DNA from: Ruminococcus sp. | Lineage (GTDB): Bacteria; Bacillota; Clostridia; Oscillospirales; Acutalibacteraceae | DNA: 64,000 bases | NCBI GenBank assembly: GCA_004555265.1 | Contig: SFIQ01000017.1 | Coordinates: 11,431 to 75,430 of the forward strand | Reading direction: 5' to 3' | Shown here: in pieces, positions 9,276 to 18,080 of the stretch | Numbering within the stretch: the first letter of the stretch is position 1 | Layout of the letters: each line of letters begins with the position of its first letter | The notes under the pieces: model-generated | Seen by the model: only the letters and a program-made list of their open reading frames with translations | The model's database searches: none | What the model was told of the DNA's origin: nothing | Made by a program: the position numbers and the translations under genes

Positions 9276-9304
9276 TTGACTTTTTTTTCTGAAAATTCTA
9301 TAAT
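9276..9304 (+). promoter_or_regulatory. Consensus sigma-70 promoter (TTGACT-17 nt-TATAAT)
   Basis: TTGACT at 9276-9281 and TATAAT at 9299-9304, preceded by about 250 bp of A-tract-rich DNA. Confidence 0.75.
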
Positions 9305-9679
9305 TTGAGTAACCATAGGAATGGTGTAATGGGGCGAAGTGCCTACTTTTTTAAGGGGGCAGTGTGTCTCCCTCGAAAAATGTGCGCTTCGGCAGCTCAT
9401 TTTGATACACATCCTACGGTAATATTTGCTCGGGTGTGTATCATCTGTCTTCCGCCGGTTTTTGTTTTAAAAGCGGAAGCGGTGGAGGACGAACCGAGTA
9501 ACCCGTAGCGCTTTAGCGGAACCCTTCCGACGCGGTGTTCACTCGCGCGGATTGGTCAGAGGCGGAAACTATGGCGCGCAAAACAAGTCGGCGAGTGTGC
9601 CCCGCGCCGACCGCGTAATACGGGGCACGGAATGCATTATACATATTGTAATGCAAAACTAAATAGGAGGAAAACACTT
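9305..9679 (+). promoter_or_regulatory. Long (~375 nt) structured 5' leader of the giant dockerin gene; candidate cis-regulatory RNA of unknown class
   Basis: Helices at 9404-9414/9432-9442, 9449-9455/9473-9479 and 9633-9639/9649-9655. An interleaved pair (9587-9593/9605-9611 and 9597-9604/9621-9628) suggests a pseudoknot or a switch. Confidence 0.45.
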
Positions 9680-12600
9680 ATGAAAAAGTCTACAAAATTG
9701 TTAAGTGTCATCTTAGCAATTGTCATGCTTTTCTCATGCATGTCGGTTATGGCTTCGGCATATCAAGCGTATGACGACAGCCAGGAAGCCGTGTATACGT
9801 CAAACGATACCGGCTTGGCTATGCTTTTGACCGATGAGCAGAGAGCCTCTTGGTTCTGCGACACAGTTAACGGCCTTTTGGCAAGTGTTAACATTAAAGC
9901 AAGCGTTCCCGTTGTCGGTACCATCGACTTTACAAGCCTTGACGCTACTTGCGATACTCTCGCAAGCCTGAAAGGTCTTATCGGATTCATGGGTATCGGT
10001 CTGGACCTCGGTATTATCGAACAACTCGATTTGTCCACCATCGACGGTAACGAGTCTGTCAACAACGCTGTCAATATGGTTGACGAACTCATTGTGTTCG
10101 TAGACAAAAACGTCGACACTTTGGGCAACGTCATCGGCAGCGGCGTTAGCTTCGGTATCTTGGGCGGCGCTATCCCCGTTGATTTGACCGCAGTTAACGA
10201 GATTCTTGTAAATCTTGACGATTTCCTGAAAGGCACCATCTACGGCCTTGGCGCGCGCAAGCTTACAGGCGGCATCGGTGACGATCCCGCTTTGCCGAAC
10301 GCACCGCTTTGGAAAGATATGGCTTCCAAGCCCACCTTGGACAAAATCGTGAAGGATTTGCTTGTGAACCTGTTGACCACACCGCGTCATACGGAAAACA
10401 TCACCGATCCTTCCCAGAACTTGATTTGCACCGATCCCACAACTTACGGCGCAACTGCCGCGATGATTCACACCGAAAAGGCTGTGGATTCCGCAGGCAA
10501 CCCCGTTTTGGATGAAAACGGCAATCAGGTAACATGGTACTATATTTACGGTACACTGCTTGCTGACGGCACATGGAAGTTTACAGAGACTTCAACCGCA
10601 AGCAACGGCACCGACGACAAAAACTACATCACGCATTGGGATGAAGATAGCTGCCTGCTGAAGAATTTCGATAAATCAATTCTTGATTTCGAAACCAAGA
10701 CCTTGTATCAGATGCTCGGCGACGCGCTTCCGTGGGCGTATAACACCTTCGGCGCACCGAACCTTGACGGTCAGCTTCGTGCAACCATCATGCAGTTCTG
10801 CGGCGCGATCAACAGAGCGGTAACCGATGAAGCCATCACCGCGCAGTTGAAAGAGAAAGTGCTTGCATATCAGGCAATCGAAGACAACGGCGCTGCGAAT
10901 GGCAGAGCACTCCTCAGCGACGCTATGGAAGCGAAAGTCGGCGAAGCCGGTAACTACAACTTCCAGTACATCTCGCTTTCCGGCAAAGACATCAACACCA
11001 TGCCCGATGACCTGTACTATGTGGTACAGTGGGGCGACGGTTGGGAATTCTACCATGTTGACTTCACACAGATGGCAGGCGAAAAGCTTGAACTCTTCAA
11101 GATGCTCAACTGGGAATGGCAGGCTCCGGCTTGGTCCGAAATTATGCCGACCTTGGATTCCACCAGTGATTCTTATCTTCGCAACATTACCGATGCGATC
11201 GGTAAAATCCTGAATAAGGCTGTTGTGAACCTCGAATGGACTTATGACAGCGGCTCTGAAGACAATGCGCACTTTGAATCGAATGTAATGGGCTTGGTAC
11301 GCAAAGTTCTCAAAACTGCGCCCAACCTCATCTACGGTAAGAACGACGCTTACAAAGCAGAAGCAATCGACACCCAGACCGACGAACAGGTTATCGCGGT
11401 TCTCGGCGTGGATATCATCGAGTGGCTCATGCCCTCTATTGTAATTCCGGCCGATGTGGATTGCCTTGAAGCGATTGTTGTTTACGGCGTCCGCGAGTTC
11501 ATTGCGGAAATCCTGCCCGAATACAACTGGGATACCCAAATCAAAGCGGCTTCGACCGATGAAGATTATCTGAACATCGCTTTGGATATGGGTGCTTCTA
11601 TCGGCGTTTACTATTTGAAGAACGTGATGGGTCTCGGCACCACGACGAACGGCAGCGGTACCACGACTTACACTTCACCCGACCAGTACATCGCGCCCAG
11701 CACAGATTGCGCAACCGGCTGGAACACGAAGTTGAACTACATTGTGGATACCCTCCTTCAATTGTGGGTTCCCGATCTGACTTCGAAGATCGTTTCCAGA
11801 AACGCGACTGTCATGAACGGCACTGACGCGCTTGACAAACTTTCCATCATCTTCAATGCCTTGTTCCCCGGTCTTCTTTCCTTGATTTCCGGGTGCGACG
11901 CTACCATCGGTAACGGCACCAACAAGGCTTGCACAGTTGACCTCAAAGTAGTGAAGGATCTCCTTGCAGGTATCCTTGACCTTCGAATTGAGCCGATTGC
12001 TGCAAAACTGTACAGAAACTCCACCGGTTACGGCAACAAACAACTTTACAACGCAGTTGTAAATATTTTGATCGACCTTACAACCGGCCTTGGTTTCAAT
12101 GACTCTCCTGACTATGCAAACTTGGTAACCTCTTTGAACAACGCTTTGAAAGCAACCAATCCGTTGGATTACTTGGTTACCAATGCAAACCTCAAAGTGA
12201 CCGTGAAGAACCTTCTCTGGTCCATCACGGATGACGCCAACAAGGGCATGTGGGTACAGGATCTTCTCGCGATCCTCATGCAGGTGACCGGCAAGATGGA
12301 CGATATGGTCCTCAAGGGCATCAATCAGACCATCGACCAGTTCAAATATGTTGGTTCAACAACACCCACAATCAAAACACAGATTACCCTTGATACCGAC
12401 GGTCTGAAATCCGTTTGGTATGACGGCGGTTACCGCAGCGGTAACTTCGTACAGGACGGTGCATATTCAGGTCTTTTGAAAAAGCTTGAAATCGTTGACC
12501 TTGAAGGCAACGTTGTTGCAACAAAGGATCTCAATGTTACATTGAATCCCAACGAAACATACGAGACAACAATCACAGGTGTTGCAAGCACCGACGCGGC

Positions 12601-14944
12601 GGCTTACACGCTGAAGTCTTATGTTATCGTTACCTTGCCCGACGGCACCACGAAGGCAAACAACGGTGAGCCCATTGTGACCACCTCGAACTTCATTACC
12701 GCCGCGGCGGCACAGGACGATACCGTGAACATGGTTACCGTTTTGAACAAAGTCGGTCCGAATAACGACGTTACCGCAAAGATGTGGAACATCTATGTTG
12801 ATGAAAACACACCGCTCTCGGCAATCGAAGGCTACAAGATGTATGTTGGTACAACTTCTGCAAAAGCGCGTAAGCTCTACATCTCCGGCTTCGGTTACCT
12901 GGACTTGAACGCTGACGGCTCCGTCTCCTTCCGGGCTGACCAGGCAAACGCTTTCACTTGGACAAAGAAGGTTTACGAAGAAGGCAAATCCGCCGTTACT
13001 TCCACTATCAAACCGGCAGACTGTGCAACACCGGTTGCAGGCGGCGTTCCGGCGTTCTGGAAATGGAACAACGACTATTCAGGCACCGAGTTCGGTACAA
13101 ACAAAGACTGGTCCGAGATGAACAGCCAGCAGTACGCAGTTGATAAAGTAAACTTCAACCGTGCTATGTATTCTGCTGACTTCACCGTATTCGCATTTAC
13201 AGCCAAGGTAACCGTTTGGTGCTATAATAACGCGTTTAGCAAACCCACGAAGGAGGTTGACTTCACTTCACAACCTTCTTTGATCTTCTACAACTCCTAC
13301 GGACTTGAAGGTCTCATTCAGAGAGCGTTGAACTCCAACAGAGTTGCTGCAGACTACACAACCGAGTCCTGGAACGCTTACATTGCCGCTTTGAAAGCCG
13401 CAATCGCAGAGTTCTACATGGCAAAATCAGCCGCGACCTTCGTTTCTGACCACCAGACGAACGGCATCTCCGACTTCAAGACCGCAGGTGAAAACCTCAC
13501 GGCGGCGATTGAAGGCTTGGTGGCAGTGACCGAGTCTGCGTCCTCCGCGACCGATTACACGGCTGAAGAAAAAGCAGTTCTGAATTCCTTGAAGGCTACG
13601 CTTGACGCCCAGGGCAAAAAGGAAAACCTCAACAACAAGAACTACATTATGTATCGTTGGCTGAAATACTACAATGAGTATGCTTGGCTCAACGGCATTT
13701 ACGACAACGCACAGATTCCTTCGGGCGTTGCGGACAGCAAACTGACAGGCGTTCCGTCTGACAAAATCACAACCGCTATCGCAGCAGCACCCGAAAACAA
13801 ACAGGGCGCGTTGAACGCCATGGTTGTAGCACCCACCGAGGAAGAATCCGCAGCAGCAGCAAAAGCAAGAGCAGACTTCCTTGAAAATCTGCCCACGCTT
13901 GACCTGACCTCTATTCAGGTTGACATGGCACAGATGGCACAGTATGAATCTCGCTTGATTGCGCGTTCGCCGGCAACCTATTATTTGAATGACGCCTATA
14001 AGATGGCAAATGCCATTACCGATCCCGCCGCTTACACGGCTGAATCTTGGACGAAATTCAATACGGCAAGAACTGCGGCTTACAATGTTTCGGCGGATCC
14101 CACTTCGACTCCGGCTGAAATTCACGAAGCGAGATATAACCTTCTTGTTGCTTACAAGGCTTTGACGAAGGCAGGCACCGATGTTGACCTCACCGCACTT
14201 CGTGATGTGATGGCGTATGTTGACACCATCTGCGCAAATCCGACCTTGTTCCAGCCCACAGCGGCTTCCGGCTACAAAACCCTCGATGAAGCGCTCGCAG
14301 CTGTATTCGCAGAAGCAGGCGTGAAAGTAACTGTCGGTAAAGACACTTACTACATCGGCGGCGGCGACACCGGCGCAGCTTGGCTCGACGAAGCAGGCAT
14401 GAGAACTGCACTCGAAGGACAGGAAACAGTTGACCGCGTTGTCAAAGAAATCAAAGCAGAACTTGCAAACATCGAGAGCACCATTAAGGTTGTTCCCAAT
14501 GATACGGTTGCGGACAACACCACAACGGTTGACTATGCAAACCTGATTGTTGACGGCATTAAACCCGGCACAATCAACACCACCGCTGAACTCCTTGCGC
14601 TCGTGAAGACCACCGCGCCGGCAGGCTACACTGCAAACCTTGCAGTTACCGCTTCCGCGGCAAACGGCTTCGGTACCGGCACAAAGGTTGTTCTGACCGT
14701 GAACGGCATTGACGGCTTTGAAATCAACCACACCGTTATGGTTTACGGCGATGTGAACGGCGACGGCGCAATCGACGCATTCGACGCTGCACTCATCAAC
14801 ATGAACGTAACCGGCGCGTCGGCTCTGACCGGTGACTTTGCAACGGCAGGCGACACAACGGCTGACGGTGCGATCAACGCATCTGACTATGCCGCAGTTG
14901 CAGCCTATGCAATCGGTGCAGGCACCATCGCACAGACTCGCTGA
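9680..14944 (+). CDS. Giant secreted protein (1,754 aa) with a C-terminal dockerin; the N-terminal ~1,150 aa are unassigned
   Basis: ATG at 9680 after AGGAGG. Signal peptide MKKSTKLLSVILAIVMLFSCMSVMASA. FIVAR-like helical repeats (YTTESWNAY.., YTAESWTKFNTARTAAY..). Dockerin repeats DVNGDGAIDAFD and DTTADGAINASD. Confidence 0.9.
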   Translation: MKKSTKLLSVILAIVMLFSCMSVMASAYQAYDDSQEAVYTSNDTGLAMLLTDEQRASWFCDTVNGLLASVNIKASVPVVGTIDFTSLDATCDTLASLKGLIGFMGIGLDLGIIEQLDLSTIDGNESVNNAVNMVDELIVFVDKNVDTLGNVIGSGVSFGILGGAIPVDLTAVNEILVNLDDFLKGTIYGLGARKLTGGIGDDPALPNAPLWKDMASKPTLDKIVKDLLVNLLTTPRHTENITDPSQNLICTDPTTYGATAAMIHTEKAVDSAGNPVLDENGNQVTWYYIYGTLLADGTWKFTETSTASNGTDDKNYITHWDEDSCLLKNFDKSILDFETKTLYQMLGDALPWAYNTFGAPNLDGQLRATIMQFCGAINRAVTDEAITAQLKEKVLAYQAIEDNGAANGRALLSDAMEAKVGEAGNYNFQYISLSGKDINTMPDDLYYVVQWGDGWEFYHVDFTQMAGEKLELFKMLNWEWQAPAWSEIMPTLDSTSDSYLRNITDAIGKILNKAVVNLEWTYDSGSEDNAHFESNVMGLVRKVLKTAPNLIYGKNDAYKAEAIDTQTDEQVIAVLGVDIIEWLMPSIVIPADVDCLEAIVVYGVREFIAEILPEYNWDTQIKAASTDEDYLNIALDMGASIGVYYLKNVMGLGTTTNGSGTTTYTSPDQYIAPSTDCATGWNTKLNYIVDTLLQLWVPDLTSKIVSRNATVMNGTDALDKLSIIFNALFPGLLSLISGCDATIGNGTNKACTVDLKVVKDLLAGILDLRIEPIAAKLYRNSTGYGNKQLYNAVVNILIDLTTGLGFNDSPDYANLVTSLNNALKATNPLDYLVTNANLKVTVKNLLWSITDDANKGMWVQDLLAILMQVTGKMDDMVLKGINQTIDQFKYVGSTTPTIKTQITLDTDGLKSVWYDGGYRSGNFVQDGAYSGLLKKLEIVDLEGNVVATKDLNVTLNPNETYETTITGVASTDAAAYTLKSYVIVTLPDGTTKANNGEPIVTTSNFITAAAAQDDTVNMVTVLNKVGPNNDVTAKMWNIYVDENTPLSAIEGYKMYVGTTSAKARKLYISGFGYLDLNADGSVSFRADQANAFTWTKKVYEEGKSAVTSTIKPADCATPVAGGVPAFWKWNNDYSGTEFGTNKDWSEMNSQQYAVDKVNFNRAMYSADFTVFAFTAKVTVWCYNNAFSKPTKEVDFTSQPSLIFYNSYGLEGLIQRALNSNRVAADYTTESWNAYIAALKAAIAEFYMAKSAATFVSDHQTNGISDFKTAGENLTAAIEGLVAVTESASSATDYTAEEKAVLNSLKATLDAQGKKENLNNKNYIMYRWLKYYNEYAWLNGIYDNAQIPSGVADSKLTGVPSDKITTAIAAAPENKQGALNAMVVAPTEEESAAAAKARADFLENLPTLDLTSIQVDMAQMAQYESRLIARSPATYYLNDAYKMANAITDPAAYTAESWTKFNTARTAAYNVSADPTSTPAEIHEARYNLLVAYKALTKAGTDVDLTALRDVMAYVDTICANPTLFQPTAASGYKTLDEALAAVFAEAGVKVTVGKDTYYIGGGDTGAAWLDEAGMRTALEGQETVDRVVKEIKAELANIESTIKVVPNDTVADNTTTVDYANLIVDGIKPGTINTTAELLALVKTTAPAGYTANLAVTASAANGFGTGTKVVLTVNGIDGFEINHTVMVYGDVNGDGAIDAFDAALINMNVTGASALTGDFATAGDTTADGAINASDYAAVAAYAIGAGTIAQTR

Positions 14945-14950
14945 GTTCTC

Positions 14951-15110
14951 AAATTGTAGGGCGGGTTATGCGCCCGCCCCGTAGGAAAACGCACTTCTCA
15001 ACCGCCCCACTCGTGGGGAGGCGGCACGCCGTCAGGCGTGCCGGAGGGGCGCGGGCGAATGCAATTCGCCCCTACAAACACAAACCGCATTGTGCAACCC
15101 ACAATGCAAC
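14951..15110. repeat. Repeat island D: chain of at least 5 GC hairpins directly after the giant gene stop (two are GTAG/CTAC-headed)
   Basis: Examples are GGCACGCC-GTCA-GGCGTGCC (15024-15043), GGGCGAATGCAATTCGCCCCTAC and GCATTGTG..CACAATGC. Confidence 0.8.
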
Positions 15111-15321
15111 CCGCGTCTTGCGCTTCTCCGGTGCAAGCGAGGGAAACAAAAGAAAGACTTCGCCGCCGCGGATTTTCCGCGCGGGTATAATGTGCATATA
15201 CTCCCTCGGCAAGGCGTGTTTCTGTTGAAGTCACCACACTGTTTGCGTCCTTGATTTTCAGAGTGATAGCTGACAATCAATCCGCACAGCAGAACAAAGC
15301 TTGTCGCAGAAAAATTTTCTG

Positions 15322-15350
15322 TTGACTTTTTGCCGCGGAAACTGTATATT
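15322..15350 (+). promoter_or_regulatory. Sigma-70 promoter (TTGACT-17 nt-TATATT, with TG directly abutting the -10 hexamer)
   Basis: It shares the GTTGACTTTTT -35 context with the promoter at 9276 and sits about 30 nt upstream of the ATG at 15380. Confidence 0.65.
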
Positions 15351-15379
15351 ATATGGGAAGAAAATATAAGGAGGATATT

Positions 15380-16462
15380 ATGACAAAAGCTAAAAAAGTA
15401 TTAAGCCTTGTTTTAGCTGTTGTTATGGTTGCTGCGATGTTTGCATTCTCGGCTTCGGCCGCTACGCAGAATGCAACCTTCACCGTTTCCGTTGATAATG
15501 CGACTGTTTCGCAGAACGATGTTATCACTGTTACGGTGAACTTGACAACGGATTATTATGCCGGCCCGACCAATGTTCCGGTGTATTACAATCCCGCAGT
15601 CTTTGAATTCGTCGCAGGCTCTGTTACCGGTGCCAAAATTTTCGGCGAAGGTGCAACAGATGTGCAATCCTATAACGACGCTGTTACAGGCTGCTTGAAA
15701 GTGGCTTTCATCCCCAACACGGCTGGCACCGCTGCCGCAAAGCTTCTGAACGGGACTTTGTTCACTTTCCAGTTAAAAGCGATTGCTGACGGCACTTCCG
15801 ACATCGGCTTGAAAGCTGAAGACCAGAAGACGGCAACCAACATCGGCGGTACTTTGTACTGCGGTGCTTACACTTCTTCTGCGATTGACAACAATCCGGC
15901 TACTGTTGGCCAGACCTTTGCAATCACCAACACTTCTGCTACCGTTGGCGCTACTGCGGCTCCTGAACTTCAGTTGTCCGAAACCGGCGCGGCAAACGGA
16001 GCGGTTATTGACAGAGTTTCTACTTGCAATGATGGCGTTGGTTTCGTGTACGGCATTGCAACTCATGAGGGCGAAATGATTTCGGACTATTTGACCACGC
16101 CCGCAGGTAGCATTCAAGTTGTCGCGAATGACCAAGGGAATGAATCCACTGGTACGTTGATTCAATTGCTTGACGATGGTGGAAATGTGGTTGAAACCTA
16201 CATTTTCGTTCTCTTTGGCGATGTAAATGGCGACGGTGCAATTGATAGTACTGATGTTACAGATATTGAATCCGTTGCTATGTATTTAAATACTGACAAC
16301 TATGCTGATGATGGTACAGCATGGAGTATAGCTGCTGATACCAACGGCGATTCCTCAATTGACAGTACTGATGTTACAGATGTGGAAGGTGTCGCAATGT
16401 ACACCGTGTCCACAACACAGGCTGAATTTGCAGCCGCCTTTGTAAGTGGCAAAGGCATTTAA
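15380..16462 (+). CDS. Secreted cohesin-like module protein with a C-terminal dockerin (adaptor-scaffoldin-like)
   Basis: AAGGAGG RBS and signal peptide MTKAKKVLSLVLAVVMVAAMFAFSASA. The cohesin-like pattern is TFTVSVDNATVSQNDVITVTVNL..YYNPAVFEFV..LFTFQLKAIADGTSDI. The dockerin repeats are DVNGDGAIDSTD and DTNGDSSIDSTD. Confidence 0.8.
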   Translation: MTKAKKVLSLVLAVVMVAAMFAFSASAATQNATFTVSVDNATVSQNDVITVTVNLTTDYYAGPTNVPVYYNPAVFEFVAGSVTGAKIFGEGATDVQSYNDAVTGCLKVAFIPNTAGTAAAKLLNGTLFTFQLKAIADGTSDIGLKAEDQKTATNIGGTLYCGAYTSSAIDNNPATVGQTFAITNTSATVGATAAPELQLSETGAANGAVIDRVSTCNDGVGFVYGIATHEGEMISDYLTTPAGSIQVVANDQGNESTGTLIQLLDDGGNVVETYIFVLFGDVNGDGAIDSTDVTDIESVAMYLNTDNYADDGTAWSIAADTNGDSSIDSTDVTDVEGVAMYTVSTTQAEFAAAFVSGKGI

Positions 16463-16494
16463 TTTAATCAACTATTCTAGGAGGACATTACGAA

Positions 16495-17712
16495 ATGGCA
16501 AAAGCTAAAAAAATTCTGGCTCTTTTATTGTCAGTAATCATGCTTATTGCTGCGTTCTCTTCTGTTGTTTCTGCGGCATACACTTCCTACACTCCCACCT
16601 TGACGAGCGGTGATTTAAAAATCATACTCCGTGCGGATAAAACGGAAGTGAATCCCGGCGACACAGTCACATTTGACATGTTTGTTGACACAACATTAAC
16701 TGACCTTGGTACAGCGCAGTTTGTTGTTTCATACAATAGTGCTCAGGCTGCGCCTGGTGCATCAGCAATTGCAGATATGAGAACGTTCAATGATGTTTGG
16801 GAATATTGGTTTGACCCGGCATCATCAGGCAATACGAACTTGGCGGGTACAATTGCATTGGCAACCGCAACAGATTATGATAATAAAACAAAAATCAATG
16901 CGTCTGCTGAAGATAAGGCATACTTTGATAAAGCAGTCATGATTGGTACAAAGGCGAATACGGGTAATGGTGTTACTAACACAGTTGGTAATGGTTGGAA
17001 TGCAGATCCGGCTGTTTCCGTGTTGACCTTCAAAATGAAAATCAACGACACCGTTACACCCGGTGAAAAGATTTTTATTGGTTATCACTCCCAATCTTGG
17101 TCCGGTAAAGCACCGAAAGCATACATCGCTCAGGCGGGTGGTGCAAAAGTGCGGTACACCAATTGCGATTTGTCTGAGGCTATGGTTGAATTGACTGTTG
17201 CTTCTGCAGGCCCCGCTGTTGCGAAGTCCAAGGCACAGGTTAAGATGACCCCGAACAGTGCTACCACTGTTGAGGATGCATTCAGCTTCCGTGTAACTTC
17301 GGTTATTGCCGATGCGGATTGGGATACCTACTTCGCAAACTCCGCGGATGCTTCCGCAACCACCAAAGCAATTAAATCCGTTGGCTTCGTTGCTTACAAA
17401 GGCACCACCGGCTTCAACCTCGACACTGCAAAAGCAGTGGCACAGGGCTCTTCGGCTGTCGGCTATGATGTTGCGACCACCGATTACATCCAGAAAGCGA
17501 ATGACACTTCGGATGCATTCTTCGGCTGCCGTTTGGAAATTACAAGCGCCGCAACGCGTTCCGACGTGACCTATGTTGCGTTCGTTCAGTATTTGGATGC
17601 TACGGGCAACACCGCTTATGCGTTCTATGATGCTGAACAGCAGGCTCTCCTGAATACGAATTATAATAACATCGTTTCCACTTACCTTCTTGCTCATCCC
17701 TTTGCTGGCTGA
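16495..17712 (+). CDS. Secreted protein with a divergent cohesin-like module and an unassigned C-terminal domain
   Basis: AGGAGG RBS and signal peptide MAKAKKILALLLSVIMLIAAFSSVVSA. The cohesin-like segment is GDLKIILRADKTEVNPGDTVTFDMFVDT..AQFVVSYNS..VLTFKMKINDTVTPGEKI. I see no dockerin, SLH or LPXTG. Confidence 0.65.
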   Translation: MAKAKKILALLLSVIMLIAAFSSVVSAAYTSYTPTLTSGDLKIILRADKTEVNPGDTVTFDMFVDTTLTDLGTAQFVVSYNSAQAAPGASAIADMRTFNDVWEYWFDPASSGNTNLAGTIALATATDYDNKTKINASAEDKAYFDKAVMIGTKANTGNGVTNTVGNGWNADPAVSVLTFKMKINDTVTPGEKIFIGYHSQSWSGKAPKAYIAQAGGAKVRYTNCDLSEAMVELTVASAGPAVAKSKAQVKMTPNSATTVEDAFSFRVTSVIADADWDTYFANSADASATTKAIKSVGFVAYKGTTGFNLDTAKAVAQGSSAVGYDVATTDYIQKANDTSDAFFGCRLEITSAATRSDVTYVAFVQYLDATGNTAYAFYDAEQQALLNTNYNNIVSTYLLAHPFAG

Positions 17713-17727
17713 TAAGGGCTCGGTAAC

Positions 17728-17859
17728 TTGAAAACTTTGCAAAACAAACCGTATTCTGCGCCGGAGTTTGAATATGTTGCTTACGAGCAAATCGAGGCGG
17801 TTACGATTAATATCAGCAAAGACCTCGAAAATGACCGTGACGCAGTTATCGTTTGGTAA
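17728..17859 (+). CDS. Candidate mini-ORF 1 (43 codons, TTG start): ..KPYSAPEFEYVAYEQIEAVTINISKDLENDRDAVIVW
   Basis: It is below the ORF-track cutoff. It has no ATG and only a weak AAGGG SD. The only support is its similarity to the next mini-ORF (Y-[ST]-A-P-x-F-[ED]..Y-[ED]..T). Confidence 0.3.
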   Translation: MKTLQNKPYSAPEFEYVAYEQIEAVTINISKDLENDRDAVIVW

Positions 17860-17895
17860 AAATTATAATTCGATTTTGAAAGGAGAAAACTTCAG

Positions 17896-18018
17896 ATGAA
17901 ACAGGTTTATACTGCACCTGCGTTCGATGTTTCAGTCTATGATGTTGACGATATTATCACACTTTCCATCGGCACCGGCCCCGTTGACGGCGGCGACGAA
18001 GGTTGGGTAGAAATCTGA
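17896..18018 (+). CDS. Candidate mini-ORF 2 (40 aa): MKQVYTAPAFDVSVYDVDDIITLSIGTGPVDGGDEGWVEI
   Basis: ATG with AGGAG 10 nt upstream. It is the last ORF before the strong terminator, and it is acidic with Trp near the C-terminus. Confidence 0.5.
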   Translation: MKQVYTAPAFDVSVYDVDDIITLSIGTGPVDGGDEGWVEI

Positions 18019-18080
18019 GTTTCTCCCAAGCGTGTTCGTTTACATCTTCGTATAACGCGAACGATTTGTAAAACAACAGG

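Noticed and set aside
9305-9508. A 67-aa ORF (and 9170-9412 on the minus strand) inside the leader and promoter region.
   Set aside because: It has no SD, its composition is odd, and it overlaps the predicted promoter and helices. A structured UTR explains it better.
9305-9679. Assigning the giant-gene leader to a c-di-GMP (GEMM) riboswitch, since such leaders often precede adhesin genes in Clostridia.
   Set aside because: There is only a vague resemblance (GGCGGAAAC..GCGCAAAAC against the GGCAAAC..ACGCAAAGC-type core recalled from memory). I cannot place the conserved helices or the tetraloop receptor, so I kept it as an unknown class.
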